Source: a virus | Length of the DNA: 64,000 nt | IMG/VR virus record: IMGVR_UViG_3300036801_000174 | Span: 9,383-73,382 of that record | Strand: one strand, 5' to 3' | In this document: positions 18,750 through 27,146 of the stretch, one piece after another | How the letters are laid out: every line of letters begins with the position of its first letter | How positions within the stretch are numbered: position 1 is the first letter of the stretch | The notes under the pieces: generated by a model | Database searches by the model: none | The model's input: the letters and a program-made list of their open reading frames with translations, nothing else | What the model was told of the DNA's origin: nothing | Program-made: the position numbers and the translations under genes

Positions 18750-20434
18750 CTAGCCGCTTGACACCATGAACCGCTGGTCCCTGAACGCCACGTCACGCAG
18801 CCGCTTGCGGGCCTCTTCCGGGGTCTCGGGGGCTGGCCCGGGCTCTGGTGAGGGCAGGGCTGGAGGCTCGTCAGCGAGCGGCTCAGGACCGGCTGCGGCC
18901 AGTTGCTCGGCCTTGCGCTTGGCCCAGTCGATCCACGCATCGGCTCCGCCGCCGCCGAGGTTGACCGTCAGGTACCTGAGAGCATCACAGGCATGATCGG
19001 CCGCTTTGGGGTCGGCGTCCTCAGGTGATCCAGAACGGGCGTATGGGAGGTTCTCAAGTTCCTCGATCAGCTTCGGGCAGGTCCGGAAGATATGAATCCG
19101 CGGGCACGTCTCGAGCCCGTTTGCCCGGTGGTGAGGACACGCCGGTGCTTCGGCCATGTACGAATGGATCCGCTGCCAGCCCGTGATCCGGCTGCCCGGC
19201 CCCTTGCCCGCCTTGGTCAGGTATACGCCGTTCTGCGCATACATCCGCTCCTTTGGCAGGGCATCGCCTTCAAGGTTCCACATTGAGTCGTCAGCCCAGC
19301 GTGTCATGACGTGCTCGTCGCTGGCCTCGGCCGCCAGGATGCGCCTGGCCTGGTCCGACTCGCGGACGCCTGACTCGTAGATCTCTCTGTAGACCCACAG
19401 ACGCTTGTCGGGGTCAACCGAGCCCCAGAGCACCGCGAACGGGCTGGCGAACCCCCAGTCAATCCCGTTGTAGCGGTTCCACGATGGCGGCAGCGCGATG
19501 GGGTCCATGGTGTGGCGCTCGTAGTCGTACTCGGTGAAGATCTGGCCGGCGAACAGGTCCCACCTGCCGTCCCGCATCGCGGCCTGGCGCGCCGGGTCGG
19601 TGATGGCGTCCAGACGGCGGAAGTACGCCTCGTCCAGCCACGGGTTATCAGTGGCCTTCGCCTGGATGAACCGCACCGTGAGGCCGTGCTTATCGGTGAT
19701 GACCTTGGAGCCATGCTCAGTTGGCTTTATATACCGTTCGCGAACCTCGCCGTGAGACGGGCCGCCCGGGTTTGTGGTGCAGCGCACCCCGATCACCGGC
19801 ACGTCGCCAGCGGCACGCAGGCGCTCGTAGCGGAGGATGTCAACTACCCCTGGCGCCAGGAGCGTGAGTTCGTCTACCAGCAAAAGTTGGTATTCTCCAC
19901 CTTGACGCCTAGAAGCGTCGTCTTTGGTCTCAAGGTAGCGGAACCGGAATTTGCTCCCATTAGGAAAGCTCAGTTCCCGGGAACTGCCGTTCCAGTGACC
20001 GCCGACGGCCTCGCCGAACTCGAACTTCCGCAGCGCGGGGAAGATGGACTCCTCGAGCTCGTCATACGTGCGGCGCACCAGCAGGACGCGCAGCCCCGGA
20101 TGTCTCGCACAAGCCCGGATGCCCTCGGCCACGAGGGCCGCACTTTTCCCCCACCAGCCGCCCCTCCGTAGAGGACGTCGGCTTCAGTGGCGGCGTGGAA
20201 ACGCTCCTGCGGGCACTTCCCGCAAGGCTCAGGCACCGGCACTGCGGCGCCGTTCCGCACCGCGATCTGCGCCAGGGCGCGCGGCTTGCAGATCGGCTCG
20301 TAGCCGATCAGCGAGAACACGTCCATCGCGGCCATGTGCGCCGTGTCCCGGCGTTCCTTCTCGGCACGCAGGGACCGCAGCTCGACGAGCTTCGCAGCCC
20401 GGATCTCAGTTAGCGAGCGGAAGTCCGGCATCAT
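18750..20434 (-). CDS. terL: Terminase large subunit, split by -1 frameshift at Walker A
   Basis: YGGAAGGGK|SAALVAEGI; Walker B LLLVDE; TNPGG; nuclease IDWGF and DHACDALRY. Confidence 0.9.
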
Positions 20435-20843
20435 CCTGCAGGGCCATCTCCAGTTTCAGTTCCTCGAGCTGGCGGTCAATCTCGGAGATCGCCAGGTACT
20501 CGTGCCGGTCAGGCGCATCCAGGCCCAGCAGCTTGGAGCGGCGCTCCGACCATCCGCGAGCCCCGGTCCATGCCTCCACCTTCGTGCGCGGCGACGTGTG
20601 CTCGTCCCGCGCGATCACCAGCAGCGCCGAGAGCGCGTCCTCGATCAGCAGCAGTTCCTCGGCGCGGGCTTCCTCAACGTGCGCGGCCGGGATCATCGCC
20701 AGGGCCTTGGAGTACAGCTGGCTCACACGCGGCTGCGAGATGCCGAGCCGGCGCGCGATCTCGTCCTGCGTGAGGCGCTGGCGGCGCATCTCGACGACCT
20801 GCGCCAGGCGGTCGGCCTGAGAGGGCGTCATGCGCCGTGCCAT
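20406..20843 (-). CDS. Terminase small subunit (HTH)
   Basis: HTH TQDEIARRLGISQPRV; ERRSKLLGLDAP motif; directly upstream of TerL. Confidence 0.75.
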   Translation of the reverse strand: MARRMTPSQADRLAQVVEMRRQRLTQDEIARRLGISQPRVSQLYSKALAMIPAAHVEEARAEELLLIEDALSALLVIARDEHTSPRTKVEAWTGARGWSERRSKLLGLDAPDRHEYLAISEIDRQLEELKLEMALQDDAGLPLAN

Positions 20844-20872
20844 AACCCCCCCAGGAATTACTTATAGGCGGG

Positions 20873-21982
20873 TCAGGCTGCGAACAGTTCGCCCTGCACC
20901 CACTTGAGGGTGGCGGGTTCTGGCTTAGCGGCCGATCGCTCAGGCGCCGCCAGCCACGCATCAGCAATGTCGAGGACTAGCGCCAGGCACGAGACGTCGA
21001 AGTATTCGCGGCCTCTGACGGGGGCTTCTCTGGCCAGCGAGAGTGCACCCTTCACGGCATTCTCCGTGTCGAGTGCCAGCGTGCCGGGCAGCCCGGTGAC
21101 CAGCCGCACCACGTCGCCGTAGCCGTCCTTAGCGTGCGCGAGCAGCCGCTGCTTGCCGTTGCCGGTCGTGACGCCGAACTTGACCACGGAGTTGCCCGTG
21201 ACGACGTAGAACGCGTCGAACTCGGTGCGGGCGCAGAGCCGGCAGAGGCCGTCCCCGGACAGCACGTAGTGCGGCTTCGGGTAGCAGTCGTGGCCTGCCT
21301 TGCAGCGAACGTGCAAGGCGTGCTCTACGCCTCGGTACTCGTCGTAGATCGGCGTCGCGCCCAGTTCGGCAAGGCGCGCCCGGAACGCCGCATCGATTAC
21401 CGCGGGATCACGCCCGCTGCAGATGGCGCAGATTGCCTTGCCTTGCTGCACGGACTGCCCGGTCGGATAACAATCGTGACCCTCGGAGCACTGGACATGA
21501 ACCTTGGTGCGGGCGTTCCGGTAGGGCTCAAGCGCCACCGCACCCATTGCTTTCACGCGGGCATAGAACTCGGCCTCTGCTGTGTCCCGATCAAGACCCA
21601 CACAGATCCGGCATGCCCCGCGCCCGCGCTGAAGTTCCCCGGGGCGCGTACGGCAGCGATGCCCGGCGGGGCAGAGAACATCGTGGGGGGTGTTCCGGCC
21701 GCGATACCTCTCGTACAGCGACGTGCAGCCGAGTTCCGCCAAGCGCTTGAGGAACGCGGCCTCTGTGGCAACGGGATCCTTGCCGGCGCATTTGATGCAG
21801 ATGCCCCGGCCCTGCTGGACGCAATTCGGGCGCGGTCGGCAATCATGACCTGCGCGGCAGCGCGCGCGGTGGGGTTGCTGAGCACCAAGCCACTCGGTCT
21901 CGAGTAACTCCGCCCCGAGTTCCTTGAGGCGGTGGCGGAAGGCCGACTCGGCCGCCAGCGACTGGGCGGTGCGTCCGGCCAC
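20873..21982 (-). CDS. Zn-finger-repeat endonuclease (GIY-YIG/T5orf172-like C-terminus)
   Basis: Four ~60-aa C..GH.C...C..C repeats followed by FYVV..VKFGVT..RL..H. Confidence 0.65.
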   Translation of the reverse strand: MAGRTAQSLAAESAFRHRLKELGAELLETEWLGAQQPHRARCRAGHDCRPRPNCVQQGRGICIKCAGKDPVATEAAFLKRLAELGCTSLYERYRGRNTPHDVLCPAGHRCRTRPGELQRGRGACRICVGLDRDTAEAEFYARVKAMGAVALEPYRNARTKVHVQCSEGHDCYPTGQSVQQGKAICAICSGRDPAVIDAAFRARLAELGATPIYDEYRGVEHALHVRCKAGHDCYPKPHYVLSGDGLCRLCARTEFDAFYVVTGNSVVKFGVTTGNGKQRLLAHAKDGYGDVVRLVTGLPGTLALDTENAVKGALSLAREAPVRGREYFDVSCLALVLDIADAWLAAPERSAAKPEPATLKWVQGELFAA

Positions 21983-22206
21983 TAGTGCTCACCCGACACG
22001 CGGGCGATCTCCTCGCGGACGGCGCGGCGGACCTCATCCACGCCGACAGCGAGTTCCTCGCGGACGATAGCGCGAAGCGCTACCGCATCAGGAGGGGAGC
22101 CGGGGATCGGCGCGTCAATACCTCGCCTGACTAGCTCAGCGAGTGAGACGCCCGTCGCTTTCCACGGTTCAACAAGATCGTCGGGAAGCCAGATACTCGT
22201 CTTCAT
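21982..22206 (-). CDS. Ribbon-helix-helix-like regulator
   Basis: MKTSIWLPDDL..SLAELVRRGI; leaderless after -10 TATGCT. Confidence 0.6.
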   Translation of the reverse strand: MKTSIWLPDDLVEPWKATGVSLAELVRRGIDAPIPGSPPDAVALRAIVREELAVGVDEVRRAVREEIARVSGEH

Positions 22207-22267
22207 GCTATGAGCATACCAGCATGGCATGCCGTTGCGATGACCTGCGAGAACACTCTCAATGAGC

Positions 22268-22304
22268 TTGACTAGGGATACCGTCACGGTATACCGTCAG
22301 TCTC
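22268..22304 (+). promoter_or_regulatory. SigA-type leaderless promoter with palindromic operator
   Basis: TTGACT-18-TACCGT-7-ATG; ATACCGT-C-ACGGTAT palindrome at 22278-22292. Confidence 0.6.
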
Positions 22305-22589
22305 ATGAACACCACGGGGGCCAAGAACCACACCGCGCACTTCGACACCCTGGCCTGGACCGCCGGGCCGCTGACCGGTATCGACGAGGACCAGCGCTGC
22401 GTCAGCTGCTCGCACCTTCCCGGATGCCCTTGTCCCGAAGACTGCGTCACCCAGGCCGAGGCGGAGGCCGTTGAGGCCGCCGTCGTCGAGGAGCCGTGGG
22501 AGCGCGAGTTCGTCCGCGCAGCGATCCTGATGAGCGCGCTTGACGTCCTCGCCGGGGAGCCGCTGGCAGCCGAAGGGCGTGACCGCTGA
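22305..22589 (+). CDS. Hypothetical protein
   Basis: Leaderless ORF, Cys cluster. Confidence 0.6.
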   Translation: MNTTGAKNHTAHFDTLAWTAGPLTGIDEDQRCVSCSHLPGCPCPEDCVTQAEAEAVEAAVVEEPWEREFVRAAILMSALDVLAGEPLAAEGRDR

Positions 22590-22882
22590 TGCCCGCGCTG
22601 GCGCCGGTCGTGCAGACCGTGATGCTGCCCACGCCGCGCGGAACCCAGTGCTGGGCGGCCCGCACCATCGACGGAGTGTGGGACCTCGAGCGCGACGAAG
22701 ACCGCCGCAGCGACTGGGCCGTGACCCACCGCGCCACGCAGATCCAGGTGAACCTGCTGGGCAGCCTGCGGGACTGCCGGGCCTACGTCGCCTCAGGCGG
22801 GGCCGCTGAAGACCTGGGCCTCATCCAGGCCCACGAACGGGGCGCCCACGCTGTGCGGGTGCCCAGATGCCGGAGGTGCTAA
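22589..22882 (+). CDS. Hypothetical protein
   Basis: TGATG coupling, high-GC3 codons. Confidence 0.6.
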   Translation: MPALAPVVQTVMLPTPRGTQCWAARTIDGVWDLERDEDRRSDWAVTHRATQIQVNLLGSLRDCRAYVASGGAAEDLGLIQAHERGAHAVRVPRCRRC

Positions 22883-23075
22883 ATGGGGCTCGCCGGCTGG
22901 GCAGCCCACAAAATGTTCTGGCGCTCGGTCAGGACAAGCCGCAGGTCGGCTGCACGCAGGCGCCGCCAGCGGAAAGCCAGGAACAGGAAGGGGGGACGGA
23001 GATGCCCGCATTGCGGAAGATAGCGCGCGTGCTGCTGCCCGCGAAGGGCAGGCACCGCCGGTAACGACAGCAAGC

Positions 23076-23108
23076 CAGCGCCCCCGGTCATACGGCCTGG
23101 GGCGCTGG
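23076..23108. terminator. Stem-loop between convergent genes
   Basis: CCAGCGCCCC...GGGGCGCTGG. Confidence 0.55.
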
Positions 23109-23114
23109 TCTGTG

Positions 23115-23480
23115 CTAGCTGACTGCCGGAATGCTGCCGTCGTCAGGCGGGGTACTGCCGTCGCCGGAGTCCACGGGCGGCACGGTGGCCGGGTCCGCGG
23201 CCTGCAGCTGCGCGACCGTCGAGGCCATGTCATCGGCCACGGCCTGGATCGCCGGGTCGTTCGCCGAGCCAGCGGCGGCGAGCGCGGCCTGCCAGTCGGA
23301 GATGGCCTGCACGACCTCGGCCTTCAGGGCAGCGTCGGCAGCCTGCAGTGCATCCAGTGCGGTCATGATCTTCTCCTGGTTCGTCTCGGTGCGCGACAGG
23401 CGCGCGAGGATCTGGTCGAGCTGGCAGCGGATGCTCTCCAGCGGGTCGTGATGAGGGCAGCACGGGTGGTGGAAGTCCAC
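23115..23480 (-). CDS. Coiled-coil hypothetical protein
   Basis: GGAGG RBS; Ala-rich helix. Confidence 0.65.
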   Translation of the reverse strand: MDFHHPCCPHHDPLESIRCQLDQILARLSRTETNQEKIMTALDALQAADAALKAEVVQAISDWQAALAAAGSANDPAIQAVADDMASTVAQLQAADPATVPPVDSGDGSTPPDDGSIPAVS

Positions 23481-23506
23481 GGGTCACCTCCGGGGCTGCA
23501 GGGGCA

Positions 23507-23692
23507 CTACGCGGGCGGGGCCTGGCGCACGCGGGTTACGATCCAGGTCCCGAACCCGGCGAGGTGCAGGGCCAGGAAGAACAAGCCCAGCAGGATCATC
23601 GAAGTGGGCGCGATCCACGACGGGGTAGAGACCTTTGCCACGTGGAAGATGAAGCCGAACAGGAAGATCAAGGACGCCACTACGGCGAGCAC
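23507..23692 (-). CDS. Small two-TM membrane protein
   Basis: Two hydrophobic stretches, GGAGG RBS; holin-like size. Confidence 0.65.
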   Translation of the reverse strand: MLAVVASLIFLFGFIFHVAKVSTPSWIAPTSMILLGLFFLALHLAGFGTWIVTRVRQAPPA

Positions 23693-23701
23693 GGCGCCTC
23701 C

Positions 23702-23953
23702 CTACGCTGCGGTCGGACGGATGGTGCGCCTGGCTCGCACGGCGGTCGCGTGCTCGGCCTTCGCTACCTCAACCGGGTCGAGCATGATGCGGCCCCGGAA
23801 GCGGAAGGCCACGGGCAGTTTGCGGATGCCGTCGTCGGTGTGCCAGCCGCGGTTGATCCAGTTGCGCACCGTGATTGGGCTCACGCCGCACAGCAGCGCG
23901 GCCTGCTCAGTCGTGATGCAGCCGCTGGGGCCGGGTACAACGGGATCCACCAT
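23702..23953 (-). CDS. MerR/excisionase-like HTH protein
   Basis: ITTEQAALLCGVSPITVRNWINRG. Confidence 0.7.
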   Translation of the reverse strand: MVDPVVPGPSGCITTEQAALLCGVSPITVRNWINRGWHTDDGIRKLPVAFRFRGRIMLDPVEVAKAEHATAVRARRTIRPTAA

Positions 23954-23964
23954 CACCCCCAGGG

Positions 23965-24004
23965 AAACGAAAAACGCCCCGCCAGGGGCTCCTGGGCGGG
24001 GGCG
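23965..24004 (-). terminator. Intrinsic terminator
   Basis: Minus strand CGCCCCCGCCCAGG...CCTGGCGGGGCG followed by TTTTTCGTTT. Confidence 0.65.
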
Positions 24005-24020
24005 CATTGCTCCAAGGCGG

Positions 24021-24050
24021 ACGATACAAGAAGCAAGCCAAGGGGGGCAA
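24021..24050 (-). promoter_or_regulatory. Putative late promoter
   Basis: TTGCCC-18-TATCGT on minus strand. Confidence 0.45.
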
Positions 24051-24092
24051 GTTAGCGCGTGAGACCGCTGGGAAACACCCCGGTTGGTGAGG

Positions 24093-25061
24093 CTACGTGA
24101 CGTGCTCAAGCAACACTGGCGTCGCGTGCGCTCGGTGATACGCCACCCACCGCTTGGCATTGATGTCGTACTCCTCGGCGGTCATCTCGTCCTGGCAGTT
24201 GTCGCAGCGGCTGTAGAGATTCCGGTCACCGTCCGGCCACGCCCGCCGCAGGCTCCGCCACGTGCACTGCCTGCACGGCACGATCAGCAGCTCCGGTGGC
24301 GGGCTGGTCTCAAGCAGCAGCGAACGGGACCGGTAGTGCAGCCACTGGATGTCCCGCCCGGCGTCTTCCCCGCCAGCGAGTACCTGCGGCTGGAGGCTGT
24401 CGATCGTGACCCGCACCAGCTCGCGGTCACCGAACTCCTCGACCAGATCGGCCGGGATGGGCTCGGCGGGTTCCCGGGGCGGCAGCACATCCGCTGACGG
24501 CAGCCAGTCGGTGCCGAGGGCGCGCATGTCCTCATCGCGGGGCATCGGCGGCATGAAGACCTGCCTCGTCATCCAGGTGTCCTGCAGGGCGATCAGCGGA
24601 GTGATGTGCCGGGCCAGCACCCGTGCGTTGTCGCGCACTCCCCTGGCGCTGCCGTGCGGGTGCTTCAGCGGGGACAGTGACAGTCCGGGCACCGACCTGA
24701 CCCGCGCTGCCCACCCGCCGAGGGTGAACGCCATGAACGCCATGTGGGCCTCGACGTCTTCGCGCAGGATCACCTGCGGGCCGGCCGGCGAGTGGATCTG
24801 CACCTCCGCGACCAGCGGGTCACCGATCGCCGCGGCGAGGCGCACCCAGTAGCCGGGGAGATCCCTGGCGCAGTCGGCGAGGAACGTGGCGCAGCGGTCG
24901 CAGTAGGGCCGCGGGGAGCGGGCCGGGGTGACGATCCGCTCGCCATCCACGAAGGTGACGGTGCGGGCACTGCACCATTGATCTCTGGCGCACTCCTGGC
25001 CTGCGGATTCCGGCTCATTATCTGACGCTGAGTGTGCCCGGTAAGGGCCGTCCCTCCGCAT
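24093..25061 (-). CDS. Zn-binding putative late transcription regulator
   Basis: CDRC, CRQC and CDNC motifs; position upstream of the packaging operon as in actinomycete prophages. Confidence 0.55.
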   Translation of the reverse strand: MRRDGPYRAHSASDNEPESAGQECARDQWCSARTVTFVDGERIVTPARSPRPYCDRCATFLADCARDLPGYWVRLAAAIGDPLVAEVQIHSPAGPQVILREDVEAHMAFMAFTLGGWAARVRSVPGLSLSPLKHPHGSARGVRDNARVLARHITPLIALQDTWMTRQVFMPPMPRDEDMRALGTDWLPSADVLPPREPAEPIPADLVEEFGDRELVRVTIDSLQPQVLAGGEDAGRDIQWLHYRSRSLLLETSPPPELLIVPCRQCTWRSLRRAWPDGDRNLYSRCDNCQDEMTAEEYDINAKRWVAYHRAHATPVLLEHVT

Positions 25062-25102
25062 CCTTGGAGGGTAGCCGACCTGTCACAGTCGGTGACCGAG
25101 CC

Positions 25103-25294
25103 TTACTGCAGGCCCTCAGCCCGAAGGTCGATCACTTTTGAATCGGCATTCAGTTCAGCGAGGGTTTTTGTGGGGTTCCAGGTCAGGATCGGGCAGTCAT
25201 CGGTCTGGCACCACGCCTGGGTGCCGCCGCCCATCAGCCATACTGGCGGCTCACCGCAGGCGGGGCACTTCAGCCCCACCGGCTCGCTGTTCAC
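25103..25294 (-). CDS. Small Zn-ribbon protein
   Basis: CPACG...CQTDDC. Confidence 0.55.
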   Translation of the reverse strand: MNSEPVGLKCPACGEPPVWLMGGGTQAWCQTDDCPILTWNPTKTLAELNADSKVIDLRAEGLQ

Positions 25295-25298
25295 CTGC

Positions 25299-26450
25299 TC
25301 ATCCTCCCTCGGCGACCGCGTGAAGCGGGCGCGGCGCCCTCTCGGCCTGCACCTCGGCCAGCAGTCGCCCGGCCGTCTTATCGCCGACAGGAAGCTCCTT
25401 CATCACCAGGTACTTGGAGACCTTGCCGCGGTCGGCGAACAGTTCCCGGATGCCTTCCCGGATGTCCTCGTCGGTTGCCTTCCGGCCACCCTTCCGGCGT
25501 GCCTTCTGGACGGCACCTGCGGGTGGCTTCTGCGGGGCAGTTGCGGATGCCTTCCGGGGGGCCGTCTGTGGTGCATCCCCAGCGGGTAGCTCAGGTGCCG
25601 CCTGAGTGACCGTCTCGGGTGCAGTCTGGAGGTCGTTCGAGATGGCCTCCGAGAGGGCCTCCGAGAGCCCCAGGCGGCGTGACAGCCAGCTGTCCAAGAC
25701 CGGCTCCCAGTGAGCCGCTCCGCCCCACGTAAGGCCGTCCTCGATGGCCTGGCGCACATCGGCCGGGAAGCGGCCCGTGCGCATGGCCGTGGCCACCGAC
25801 AGCGGCACCGGCAGGCCAGGCTTGCGGGCCAGCACCGCGGCCACGGTGTCGCGCAGGTAGACGCGGGCGTCCTCAATGGCGTTCATCAGCGGCCAGGTGG
25901 TGACGCCGAGCAGGTTCTTGCGGCGCCACATGAAAAACGTCGGGCCCGGCGATGCCATCCAGCGCCGGAGCGGGATCGCGTCGACTGGCTCGGGCGGCGG
26001 CTTGCGGAGCGCCTTCCAGATCAGCCGGAGCACCTCGATGCCGAGGACCCAGGCTGTGGGGCAGGCCGCAGCGAGGATGACCCACAGCAGCGAGTCCGCG
26101 AGCGTGGCTGCCCCGTTGCCGAAGATGGTCAGTGCGGCGAATCCCCAGGCCGCGATCCTGGCCAGCCGCGACGGCCAGCCCAGGGCAACCAGGAGGTGAT
26201 CGGCGATGACGTAGGTCGGGATGCCCAGGTCGATCATCAGGGGCAGCAGCCACGGCGAGTGCCAGCCATGGGCCGCAGCTGCGGCGGACAGGTTCCAATA
26301 CGAGAACCAGGCGCCGGCGGCCATGGAGGCGATGACGAACGCGACTGCCACGCCGAGCCAGAGCTTCTGGGTGTCGCTGAGACGGCTGCGTCGGGCGTGG
26401 GCGGGCAGTGCAGGTGTCGGTGCGTGCATGCCGTCCATGTTGGCGGTCAC
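25299..26450 (-). CDS. DUF2637 / SpdB-like membrane protein
   Basis: SYWNL..A...LPLMID motif, several TMs, DAIPLRRWMASPGPTF, C-terminal HTH-like end. Confidence 0.75.
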   Translation of the reverse strand: MTANMDGMHAPTPALPAHARRSRLSDTQKLWLGVAVAFVIASMAAGAWFSYWNLSAAAAAHGWHSPWLLPLMIDLGIPTYVIADHLLVALGWPSRLARIAAWGFAALTIFGNGAATLADSLLWVILAAACPTAWVLGIEVLRLIWKALRKPPPEPVDAIPLRRWMASPGPTFFMWRRKNLLGVTTWPLMNAIEDARVYLRDTVAAVLARKPGLPVPLSVATAMRTGRFPADVRQAIEDGLTWGGAAHWEPVLDSWLSRRLGLSEALSEAISNDLQTAPETVTQAAPELPAGDAPQTAPRKASATAPQKPPAGAVQKARRKGGRKATDEDIREGIRELFADRGKVSKYLVMKELPVGDKTAGRLLAEVQAERAPRPLHAVAEGG

Positions 26451-26487
26451 GGGTGATCCTTCCTCGGATTTCCGGCTCAATGCGTGG

Positions 26488-26742
26488 TCAGTGGTGCCTG
26501 CGGGGCAAATGCGACTCCCGGCCACCACCTGGCCCGGGGCCAATCGCACGCTGGCGCTCAGCCTTGAGCCGGCGGAACGCCTCGGCGTCGGGACCGCGGT
26601 TCTGCCATCCGAACGCGCCTTCCCAGAACAGGTCAGTCATTACGCGGTCAATCTGGTGCGGGTCGCCGTTCTCGGCGCCCTGGCCGGCCACACCAGCAGG
26701 GGGGCGTACCGGCTCAGAACCTGGCTTGTGAGTCATGATCAT
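26488..26742 (-). CDS. Hypothetical protein
   Basis: AAGGAG RBS. Confidence 0.5.
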   Translation of the reverse strand: MIMTHKPGSEPVRPPAGVAGQGAENGDPHQIDRVMTDLFWEGAFGWQNRGPDAEAFRRLKAERQRAIGPGPGGGRESHLPRRHH

Positions 26743-26748
26743 TTCTCC

Positions 26749-26913
26749 TTAATTTCCGGGGCGCCGGGCCACGGGTACGACACGGTGAGCACGCTCGCCC
26801 CGGACGATCATGAGGACGACCGCAGCGATCATGAGCACGCAGATGGCTGCGATGAGCCAGGTGGGCAGGGCGCCGATAGCGGCGACGATGGGCCAGGGAT
26901 GGGTGTTTGTCAT
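26749..26913 (-). CDS. Small membrane protein (54 aa)
   Basis: MTNTHPWPIVAAIGALPTWLIAAICVLMIAAVVLMIVRG...; GGGAG RBS; below ORF-track cutoff. Confidence 0.6.
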   Translation of the reverse strand: MTNTHPWPIVAAIGALPTWLIAAICVLMIAAVVLMIVRGERAHRVVPVARRPGN

Positions 26914-26925
26914 GGGGTGCTCCCT

Positions 26926-27069
26926 TCAGAAGCGCTTAGTGATCCTTATCCAGGTATGGAACGGTCCCCTGAGGCTGTAGAACACCCCGAAACCGCGCCT
27001 GCGGTGATGCCGGAAGAGCAGGACGTGGACCACGAAGTAGCCCAGGACGATTGCGGCGAGGATGTGCAT
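26926..27069 (-). CDS. Small membrane protein
   Basis: AGGAG RBS; MHILAAIVLGYFVVHVLLF. Confidence 0.55.
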   Translation of the reverse strand: MHILAAIVLGYFVVHVLLFRHHRRRGFGVFYSLRGPFHTWIRITKRF

Positions 27070-27146
27070 TGCTTGCTCCTTGAACTGGGGGCCCCGGCGC
27101 GGGCCCCGGCGGCTGGTGATTGCCCGCGCCGGGGCGTCTGTGGTGG

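Noticed and set aside
18750-20434. Intein or intron explaining the TerL split
   Set aside because: The two halves join with a single-base shift; there is no intervening sequence
23115-23692. Lysis cassette (holin/endolysin)
   Set aside because: A two-TM protein is present but no endolysin domain is recognisable; lysis genes probably lie beyond the left edge
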